Assembly: GCA_051294905.1 (NCBI GenBank)
Contig: CM119381.1
Location: 21,700,001 to 21,764,000, forward strand
DNA length: 64,000 bases
Reading direction: 5' to 3'
Source of the DNA: Botryllus schlosseri
Taxonomy: Eukaryota
This document shows, one piece after another, positions 50,326 through 61,700 of the stretch. The translations under genes were made by a program, and so were the position numbers. Under the pieces are notes generated by a model that was not told the DNA's origin, searched no databases, and was given only the letters and a program-made list of their open reading frames with translations. Within the stretch, counting starts at the first letter, position 1; each line of letters begins with the position of its first letter.

Positions 50326-52600
50326 GGTAAAGCACTAGTTGTTACGGAGAGACAATGGTAATGCTGGTTGTAGGCGAGACCAACGTCAGGATGCAATGCT
50401 TGGTAGCCTAGGAGCTCGTATGTGCTGCTGGCGTGATTCTTGGTATTGACGTTATCCAGCAATTGGGCGGGGTATTCGTTGATTCAAATCTTGACGTGTG
50501 CCTGTGCATGGTTTGGTGCAAAGGTGTGTGTAGCAAGTGCGGTGGCCGGGACGAATAAACTGTTACAAATTGACGTAAAGATTTCGTTGCAAATTTTGAT
50601 GGAGCAAAGTGGACTATGGAGTGGAGATGGGAAAATGGCGAGCCTGAGTTGACGAATCAATGTGGGAGATATCAGATGCCGTCGGAGTGTCGTACATCGT
50701 TTGATGATGAACTCAGCCAATGGATCAGAGACGGATGGTTGGTGGAGTACGATCCTGCCAGTCACGGCTCCCACGGCGGAATAATTCCGCTGTTGGCGGT
50801 CAAGCAACCAAACAAGAAGCAGAAGGTACGGCCAGTGATTGTCTACTGAGAGCTGAATTCCCGTGTCATGAGTCACCCCGGACTGGATGCGGTAGTATGC
50901 CAAGAAAAATAGAGAAATTGGCGAAAACGAAGTAATCGCGCATCTATCTTGGATCTCCGGAAGGCATAGGCTACCTACAGATTCACGTATCCGAGAGGCT
51001 GCAAAAATTCCAAGTAGTGCGGCATCAAGGAAAATGGGCTATTTTCTGTGTTCGGCAAGATCACCGGGCATTATCCCGTGGCCGGGCAGAGGTCACGATC
51101 CGTTAGGTACTGTCGTCGGAGAATCTCGCAGATGCGCTAACGAGGGTCCCTCAACGCTGGTTAAAGCAGATATGTCTTGGAGTAAACCGACCTAATGAAA
51201 ACATTATTGAACAGGTACGGACTCTTCTCTTCATAACGTGCATCACCTAGGCGTGAATCGGACACTTTTCGTGGCCAAAAGAAGTATTGGGGAAGCTGTT
51301 ACTCGTGATGTTGTTCAACGAGTAATCAATGGGTGCAACATCTGTCGGAGAATTGATCCAACTCCGGTGAGGTGGGAACACGAGACGCTTTCTGTTCCTG
51401 TTGCCTGGGAGCGCCTGGCACTTGACATCACTTACGTCAACACCCGACCATACCTGAGTTTGATTGACTGCGGGACTAGTCGATTTGCGATATGGCGGGC
51501 GGTGCGAAATGAAACGGCCGATCAACTCATCCAGATCCTTCAACAAGTCTTCTCGGAAAGAGGTGCACCGAGCGACCGAGTTTTACTAGCCAGAAAATGC
51601 GTCAGTTTCTAAGTAGTTGGGGGGTGGAACATGTTTTCAGTTGCGTTATGTGTTGGTTTCGCTTGTGATCTTTAGATCAAGGGGAAGTGTGATTGTGATG
51701 AACGTAATTATTATTATATGTGTGCCCCCGACGCTCCGGTCACGCGAGCGACAGAGCGGGCTCGAATGCGAGAAGAGTGATTGTGGGGTTTTACTGGAAT
51801 GTTTTTGAAATACATTGAACTATATGACACCATCAATGTGAATCGAAGAGCCGACAGTGATCTTCGTAAGTTTCATTACGATTCCAACGTCGAAATGTAA
51901 ACTAAAACTGGTCTTAGACACCTGCTCAGTGCTCATCCATTATTGTTTCAACATTTCTCAGTTTCTCGCTAATAACTGAAGCGGTGTAATTTTTCTGATA
52001 CTGAGCCATTTCCCCCACCGCCTATGGGGCACAATAGGTACGTTTTTCAAGTGGCTGTGCTTTCGTTACTTCTTCGCATTTTACAATCATTTTTCTTTGG
52101 AAATAGGCGTTTTTATGTTCATCCATCGATTTGCTAAAGGATATTGGTATTTCTGGATCCTAAAAATGTGTTTCTGGCCCACTGCGCTTCACCTTCTCCT
52201 ACCTGAGTGATTCGATTCTGAAATCATGCTGAAACGAATATTAGGCCTCGAAATGTGTATCACTTATTATGCCGTCATAAACAGGACTAAAGATGTTACG
52301 AGTTCTAATACGTACCTGATATCCAATGCCAGTTTAACGCAGCTTTAAAGATTATTTGGAGATTTTTCGACCATGACTATTTCATTCCACTTCGTGACCA
52401 TGTTGTGTGTTGATCAAGGCTTCAAAGAAAGTCCTATGTGATTTCCACGAACGTGCGTAGCCTCGTAGGCTACACGTCTCGTTTGCCGAGATACAACCAA
52501 TCGAGGTTTCAAGAAAATACTCGTGTATTGCATCACGGAAAAACGCACATAGAGAACGATAAAAAGAACTGGCAAGAACTCGCAGCGTCGCCACGTCTGC

Positions 52601-52753
52601 TCATTGTCCGACGATATTCGCGACGATCGGGTTATCGAGAGGGGTCCCGTTTTTCAGGGTCCGCAACTTCGACGCCGCTTCCTCTTCCGCGAGCGAATCC
52701 CAATCGACGGCTCTCACTTTCTGCATGAAGTTTCTCACGACGGCTCGAGCTTC
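52601..52753 (-). CDS. MSH2: MSH2 last exon ([14 protein letters not shown]...NIVGQ*)
   Basis: tttttactcgcag|GAA acceptor; TGA at 52603-52601; 153 nt. Confidence 0.85.
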   Translation of the reverse strand, partial: EARAVVRNFMQKVRAVDWDSLAEEEAASKLRTLKNGTPLDNPIVANIVGQ

Positions 52754-55700
52754 CTGCGAGTAAAAATTCGACTCGTTTTAACGGGCGTGAAGCGCAGACC
52801 ACAGTATCCACAATTCCACATGCGATCGGCGGCACCACAATCGATATGCTGATACATAAAGCCACGACAACGTCACGACACGATACCGATATCACACAAC
52901 GTTGGACAATGGACAGCATTAAAATTTTGAGTATTTCCAAATTAGAGAATGAGAATTACAGCTAAGAAGTCTTTTTAATGAAATTAGAATTACTGAATTT
53001 GCAAAAACTTTGATGGAAATCAGAATTAGAAAAAAACGCAACAAAAAATCAAAAATTAAGCTCAGTTCATATCAGCTTGGCTGGTTTCGCACTATACGGT
53101 TCTCCTGTAGCATTTTTGGAAAACCAGAAATTAGAGCATGGAAACGTTTTACGGATTAGAATTATATTACCGACATTTCGCTTTAATTAGTCAATTTGCC
53201 AACTAGAGTTATTTTACCGGAGCAGAAAAAATCATTTATGAAAAAGCTATCACTGCTAACTCCAGGCTAAATCCACAAAACACAATGCTTCGTTGGGCCC
53301 GTAGGTTTGCGCTGCGGCCGTGGCTGAAATCAGGCGTAGAGTGAAGTTTGAATGAGCGTATGATGGCCGCATTTGCTTCAACAGCAACATAAAATTTCCC
53401 TATTCTTAACTATTCCGTTTTACAAGATAGACGCGATTGTGTCGATAATAGCAACTATCAAGCTAGCACGGCCTTATACGAGTTCATTGTCGATTTTTAC
53501 TACATGAATCGTCTTTTTCTTCACCATAATGACTAATCTTGTGTTAAAACGAACGAAATAATGCTTATTCTGTCATAACACGGGTTTTTAAGTGCAGTTT
53601 TCACTTTTGTTCTGTTCCCAAGGATCCTGACTGAATACGACTGTATGAGTTATCAGTAGGGCGTTTTTTTTCTGACATGTCAAAATTTGTCAAAATTTTG
53701 TCAAAATTGTAGCGTTAGGTCATTCTTGGGCATTGCATCATTCTTATATCAAGAAGCGCATGATAAAAAATTGTGATGTTGACAACATTGTCAGAATGAA
53801 GCAACACGGTGTTTCACCAGCAGTGTACGCTCAACTTGAGTGTTGTCAGCCAACTGCTGCATCTTGAACGTCCTTTGCAAGCTTCTCAGTAAGGACATGC
53901 ACTTTCTAACCAAGAATGTAGGAAAGTATCTCTCGTTGCACTGCAAATTTTTTTATTATTTTTACCATAATACATATTGTAACCACTGTAATTGTTCATA
54001 TGGCCAGATTTCGTTAAAATATTGGTTTTTTCATGTCAAAAATTGCCTGTTTCTGAGCCAAAATCGTTTTTTCAGGACAAACTACTTCGTTACGACAGCC
54101 AGTTCCCACCAGAAATGAAGATAACTGGTACAGTTTTAACATTATGTGGGAGAACACCTAATTTGCATACGTTAGGTCAAAATTTTGTCAAAATTCAGTT
54201 TGTTTAGGTCAAAAGAAGTCAAAATATTGAATTTAGGTCAAAATTTACCTTTTTTTAGGTCAAAAAACCGCCCTAGTTATCAGGTGTCCAAATTAACCAG
54301 ACTTGACTGTCTTTGTTTGGGTGGCAAGATTTTCTTTTCTGAGTCGCCTTAAATCGTGTTGGGAACCACTGGTCTAGGCCACGACGATGACAAAGAAAAG
54401 TCCCAAACAGGCACCTACCTTTTTCATAACCCTCTTCCGTTCATCGGCGTCCACACCACCGCCCTTGCCATCATCCGGGACGCTGTATCTCTCCAACTCT
54501 TCGCACCTGACCCTGGCCCACTCGATCACGTGTTTCGGGAAGCCGACGCATTCCGCCACGTGAATACCGAAGCTCTGATCGCAAACGCCGGGCCTGATCT
54601 GGTAGAGCATAGTCATGGTGGAGTCCGGGTCGTCCAAGTCTCCGATCAACGCGGTCACGTGCATGTTTGACACGGTCCGGACCTGGTCCGCCAGTTCCGT
54701 CAGCTCGTGGAAGTGCGTCGCGAACAGGGTGAACGCCTTGATTTCGGTGGCTATGTGGTGTGAGATGGACCACGCCAGGCCGAACCCGTCGTACGTGGAA
54801 GTGCCCCGACCTGTTCGATACCACGCAGAGGTAGTCAGTAGGGTTGTCCAAAATTTGGAAAATCATACGAATCCTCCGTTGTAATGTCTTATTCTATAGA
54901 TTATTGATAAAAAACGACACTGGGCCTAAAATAAGCTCACAGGAAGGCCGTTAAGATTTCGTGCAAAGCGTTTGAAAGTGGCTGACGAAGAATGGGCGTG
55001 CCACCGACCATAGAACGGCGAGAAGACTAGTAATCACGAAACCAGGCTCTTGATTAGCTAATCGGCTATGCTTCAATGACCACAGCAGCAGCAGCTTGCT
55101 GATTAGGTGATCAAGGAGTCTGCTACCGGCAGCGATTCTGAAAGCGCATTGTATGTAGGTTAACAGATGATGATTTAGGATTGATTCATGGTATGTTCAG
55201 GTGCGAAGTACATGATGAACAACAACAGCTGCTTCACAAAAACGTCTAAACCATGACCGCTTTATTGTGAAGGAAACCGCCGTAGCCTATATCCCTTGTT
55301 TTCAACGAGGGAAAGCATAGGTGCTTAAGCAAGTGGCGACGGATTCCTGGTTTCAGAAAGGATATATCATTATTCAATGCAAATATAGAGCTTGACAATG
55401 ACACTATAATTTGTGTGATCTTATTGGGTTCAGGTTGTAGTACATAGTTGAAATTTTGAATGCTCTAGGGATCGGCTGAATCAGACGGTTAGGCTTGGCA
55501 CTTATCAGATGTTTACAGCAAATTGAATTCGACTTGTAAGTCTTTTCATAGTCCCTAATGATGCCGCAGAAACGGGGTGTAAATGTAAGCAGAGACTATG
55601 CTTGATATGCTATACAAACTATGCTGGATACTATGCACTATGCAGCATTGTCTGTGCTTACCTTTGCACCCCTTTTCTGCGCGATTATTAAGCACTTTGA

Positions 55701-58700
55701 CATATCATATCCAGCATAGTATGTGCCTACTTTTACACCTCTTTTCTGCGTCATCATTAAGGATTTTGACAACACTTGCAAGTGAACACAATTTGATGTA
55801 AGCATCTTGATAAGTGCCAAGCATAACCCGCTGATTCAGCCGATCCATAGGGCTTTCAAAACTTCAACTTTGTACTACAACCTGAGCCCAAAAAGAACAT
55901 ACAAATTATAGTGTCATTGTTAAGCTTTATATTTGTATTCAATAATGATATATACTTTCTGAAACCTGCTATCCGTCGCCACTTACATAAGCGCCTATGG
56001 TTTCCCTCGTTGAAAACAAGACATATAGGCTACGGCGGTTTTCTTCACAATAAAGCGGTCCTGCTTTAGACGTTTTTGTGAAGCAGCTGTAGTTTGTTCA
56101 TGATGTCTTTCGTACCTCAACATACCCCAAATCAATCCTAAATCACTATCTGTCAACCTACATACAATGCGCTTTCAGAATCGCCGCCGGTAGCAGACTC
56201 CTTGATCACCTAATCAGCAAGCTGCTGCTGCCGTGGTCATTGAAGCAGAGCCGATTAGCTAATCAAGAGCCTGGTTCCGTGATTACTAGTCCTCTCGCCG
56301 TTCTATGGTTGGTGGCACACCCATTTTTCGGCAGCTACTTTCGAACGCTTTGCACGAAATCTTAACGGCCTTCATGTGAGCTTCTTTTAGGCTCAGTGTC
56401 GTTTTTATCAATAATCTATAGAATGAGACATTACAACGTAAGATTTGAAAGATTTTCCAAATTTTGGACAACCCTAGTGGTCAGTGATAAAGTACTTGTC
56501 TGTATAGGTTTCGCTTACCCAAACTCAGACTTTGACAACTAGTTACTTCTAGTCTAATTATATTAATTAGAGCGAAATGACGGTAATCTAATTCTAATCG
56601 AATTGTTGAATGTTTCTTTGCTTTGGTTCTAATTCTAATCTAATTTTTGAAATGTTTCTGCATTCTAATTTTAAATCCAATCTGATTTCTTGATTTCCTG
56701 GATACGCTACAGGAGAATTGTATAGTGCGAAACGAGCCAAGTTTGCTGCACAGACATTTGCCATTCTCCTGCTCATCAGAACTTACTCTGTTTTGAAATG
56801 AAATGAATCCGAAGTTTTCACAAATTCATTAATTCGACGGACACCAAATGCAATAAGAGAATTGAAACATCGAATTTTAAATTGATTCGGCAGTTTGGTC
56901 GCATTTTCTGCATGGTGTCACGATAGAGAGATCGTCGTCTACTTTGTGACTATGTAACAATGGTTCATGGACATGTGAAAGCTATGCAGACTATCAAACA
57001 AGTTTCGTTGATTTCCGACAGTTCAGTCATCCGTATAATAGGGGCTATAGCGAACGGAAAATTAAATTTCTTTCAAAGGACACCAAACGATCACAATCCC
57101 AATTATATAGGTGGCCGCTAACGGGACTGTGCGAGCTTCGCCCAGGTATAAATATCTAATATCATAAATGAAGTTTCCAATATTGCGTTTGACTTGCATA
57201 CATTTGTCGTAATCAAATTTATTTGAAATTTTTCACCCGTCACGGATTCCCAACATTTGTTTTCAAGTTTTACCAGTCTGCGAGGTCAGAAAGGTTCCAA
57301 GCCACTAATTTAGACTATTGCGACTTCATAATTTTAATTTCAAATTTAAATTGTTACCGGTACTTTTACTTCTACTTGAGCAGCAGTGATAAAAACATTG
57401 ACAATCTCTGATACCATAATCACGCAATAGAGCTTTAGACCAGGGACGCAGACGGACTATAACGCCGAAACGTCAAAAATATGAAATTTTGGGGATTACA
57501 ATGACGCTACCTACCACCTAAAAAGCGCATACCCAAATGCCGTACCTAGCTCGTCGATAATCACGAGTGAATTGGCGGTGGCAGATCTCAGAATCATAGA
57601 CGCATCCAGCATTTCCGCCATGAAGGTCGACACCCCTCTGGTTTGGCAATCGCCCGCTCCCACCCGAGCCAAGATCGCGTCGACCACCGTTATTTCCGCT
57701 TCGGAGCACGGGACAAACGATCCGATCTGTGCCATCAGCACCACCATTCCGGTTTGTCTGATGTAAGTGGATTTTCCGCCCATGTTTGGTCCTGGGAAAT
57801 TATGGGGTGAGAGTGTTTGTATTGCGACATCAAAGTTGAAATATATTCGATATACGGCAGTGTTGGGACCTGTGCTACTATATCGTGCTGCGTATTAATT
57901 GTACTTCCAAATTGAAAAGTGAATTACATTGTTAATACATGCCGCTCAGTCCATGTATTGATACTAGGTAATGAGAAAGTGACAGTTAATTAACAAAAAA
58001 GAATATTTACTCGCCTTCATAATTCGAAACAATGGTAAACGTGATACAATTAAAACTCCATTTTAACCCACAGAAACGTTTTTTTTTATCGAGACATTAA
58101 AATGTAGGGTATTTAGGATACTACAAACCGTGTCTTGGTCGCTGACTCTCGAGCACGTGGGTGACAGTCAGGGTTAGTTTTGGGCTTATAAAGTGACACG
58201 CTAAATCGTCGCATGCTCAACTGTCACTTTTCATTGTGCCGTATGCTCAATGTTGGGCAACCATACAGTGACGATTGGCATGAATTTTGAAGCAATTTCA
58301 AATACATATTTACCAATCAATTCCAGTTATGACTCGGATTATGACAGGTGTCAAAAGATATTCTGGACTTAGATGAGTAGGTTCGGAAAAAGATTAATTT
58401 CGTTCATCTCTGATACACTGTCAAATTTCAAAGGAAAATTCCGCATCCACACCTGTTATGATTATGAACGTATTTTTCGCTCGGTCAAATATCACATCGT
58501 TGGGAATAAAGGAAACGTCGTTCTGCCGTTCCAGGCACGGATGTCGGCATTCTTTCAACACAATTCCCTTTCCAGCATCAATGGAATGCACGACGGGTTT
58601 TTCATATTGAGTCGGTGCATTTATGGCGGCCTACAGAAACAATGGATCGGATATATGTTAGTTATCAGGCGAGAATATATGCATTTGGTAACAAAAAGTA

Positions 58701-61700
58701 CCAGTTAATGTGACACGGGGCTCAGAAACTAGAACAATATCATCGATTCATGGAGTATAAAATCTAGGATTCTTGAAATAGCTACGTGGCTTGTGTGCGA
58801 ATTGACACAATACAACCGTTATAACTACGTCGATTTTGTTTACCTAAAAATAGGAAGATTTTCACCTAAAAATTTGTTGTAGTGCAACGAAAGAGACTTT
58901 CCTACATTCTCGGGTAGAAAGTATCTGCCCTCACCAACTAGCTTGCCAAGATCGGAGAAAATCGTTCAACAGCAACAGTTGTTGGCTGACAACACTGAAG
59001 TTATGCGTACACTGCTGGTGACACGCCGTGTTGTTTCATTCTGGCAATGTTGTCTACATCATAATTTTTCATTGTGCCCTTCTTGATATAAGAACTTATA
59101 CCCACGCAGTATTGCTTCAGTCAGGATATTGTGGTATGTTGAGCATAACACCATGTCAACATATTTGTTTTATTTGGCCGTTTCCGAATCACAATGAGCA
59201 GACAATGGGCTGTCTACCACCGTAGGCCTATGAAGTAGGCTACAAGCCGTAAAATGTCAAATGATAAGTTCACCGACAGTGCAAACATCTACGGTACAAA
59301 CGAAATGTAGGTTGCAAAAAAAGTTAAACTTTGTAAACAATTCTGACAATTCTTTGACCTAACGCTACAGTTGTGACAAAATTTTGACATTTCAAAAAAA
59401 TCGCCCTAGTTATAACACACTTGTAAAACCCTACACAAATTTTATGTTGCAGCCAAATACACCATTTTATTTTTTTCAAGCCCCGTTTGGATCGCTTAGC
59501 CCCCGAATAATCTAACAAATGAATTCTAAACTTCATCAGTATGCCAACGGTCGATATAACATCTGATACAGCTTGCTGACAACCGACCACACCTAACAGA
59601 ACACAAACGCAACAGGAATCACCTGCGAAAAGCTAGCAAGGACATCCAGCTTTGCGATGAGGTTCCCGAGACGCAGCATGAGATCCGAATAGCCGGAAGC
59701 GATCCCGATAATTTCTGAGACAATGCCCGACTGGTGATCTTCGTAACGGGTTTGACATTCCTCGTACGACGCGCTCAACTTCCTCAGTTTGTCGGTGACA
59801 AATCTGCAAGTCGGAAAAAGAATTTGTTGCCGGTACAAAACGCTCTGCCAGAACTACACTGGAATGACTTGAGGTCGAAAGAGCAAATATTTACCAGTAG
59901 AGTCATCAAAGTAGGGCTATTTTTTGCTTTGCAACCCCATTTAGCTAAGCAAAATTTCTTCTATTAAAATATAGCAGAATTCATGGCCATGGCCTGTTCA
60001 GATTCAAGCTTTATGGGACAAATCTAGGATGACCTTTTTCACACAAAAATCAAACATCATGAATGTATATAGCAAATCATTGAGGCTTCAGTTGTTCCCT
60101 TTCAGATACCAGCAGTGTTGGAATCAAGTCTCTACCTTCGAGTCACGAGTCATTGCACATTTTACTGGGTCAAGTCAATCGATTTTTTAAGGTGACTCGA
60201 GCCAAGTCAAGTCACTCAAATTTTGGAGGTGACTCGAGTCAAGTCACAATTCACAATTCAATTTTTCGAAGTTCGAGGCGTAATTGCGTCATGGCATTTT
60301 GATAGCGGTTTGAAAGTTGCCATTTATTTGAAATCGAGGGACGAATATAGAGTTAAATATACATGCGAAAAAGGCTTCCTGTCGTTCACGCATACGTAGA
60401 ACTGCTAAACTACCTGAAGTAACTGTATAGCCTCAGTCTATAATATCAGCCAAAATAGAGAACAGATGACCTCAAAAAGTTGAAACGAATTCATAGGATG
60501 CAATGCACTAGCCACCTACACGTCTGTGATACAATTTAAGCCTGCGCCGATGGTTGACGAGTGATAAAAACTTATCAACTTCATTAAAATTCGATTCAAA
60601 TCATACACAACGTTTGGTTAAGGTGGGTACCGACCACCATGAGCGTTCTACAGAAAAGAGATGGATACTTTTCCATTAGATTACACGCCTGTCAACAAAA
60701 GGAGTTCGTGTACCACCTGACAATAGTAGGCTACATTGAACGCTCTCTCGTTTGGAATTTCACGCTGATGACATCATATTTTGTGATACGATTGTTGATA
60801 GACAATGTTCGTTCCAATTCTCCACTAGTTCCTGACGATTACCCCTGACGAGTGTCAGCCGAAAATATTTGGGTTTATTTCAATGTGAATATACTATTCA
60901 ATTGTATATTGAAGTTCTGTACCTCCAAGATGCTCTACAACGAATCTATAATTCTTTATGCAACGGTACCTGACGCCATCTTTCTTCGTGTCTATCGTGA
61001 TGTAATTATTTCGCTTCGACCGTAAAGCCTTCTCGTCCTTGCAAGTAACCCGAAAGAAGTGTCCGAACAGCGCATTTGATTCAAACTGTTAACGAAAAGA
61101 GGACACTCGACTCAAACCAAAGTGGATCGGCCGTGCTACGCATCACCTTCAAACCCTTTCCCCTTTCCAACTGTAAATCATCCGCCGCCGCTTCGAAACA
61201 ACGCTCCATTTTCGATTGAATCTGCTCCATCTCCTCTTTCAATTTCGTCAACTCTGGATCGAAAGTCGCCTTCACACGGAAGTGATGTTGAGAAATCTAG
61301 AAATATACGTCAATCAATTTCAGATTAGGCTTGGGACGGGAGGACATGACACACATTTGAATGATTATATTTGAAAAAAAAGAAAAAACTTGGCACAACT
61401 TTGAACAGCAACGGATACCATGGCCTTTATGCAACGAGACACTATTCAATGTTACAAAGTTTAAAACCCAAATCAAGCTCCACTTTAAAACACTGCTGTC
61501 AACCCCTTTTCTCGGAGTTGTTCTCCGCAAGTTTATATTTTTACGGTTCACAGCGTTTCATAATATTGAATTCAGGATGAAAAGCTACCAGAAGATGGGG
61601 AAAACTTGTTGACCAGATGTTTTACCAGTCTTTATAGAATTTGATTTCAGCTTTTACTGATTACAATCCGTTTCCGTCGCTACAAATGGAAAGATTCGCG

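Larger units (their letters stand above)
44548..51829 (+). mobile_element. Degenerate Ty3/Gypsy LTR retrotransposon with nested insertions
   Basis: LTRs 44548-44689 and 51688-51829 (TG...CA, 142 bp, roughly 90% alike); 5-bp TSD ccatc; PPT aaggggaag; gag from ATG 44714 with CCHC knuckle CFSCDKLGHIGRQC; protease ALVDTG; RT remnant ~50560-51030; integrase HHLG...CNIC ~51238-51575. Confidence 0.93.
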
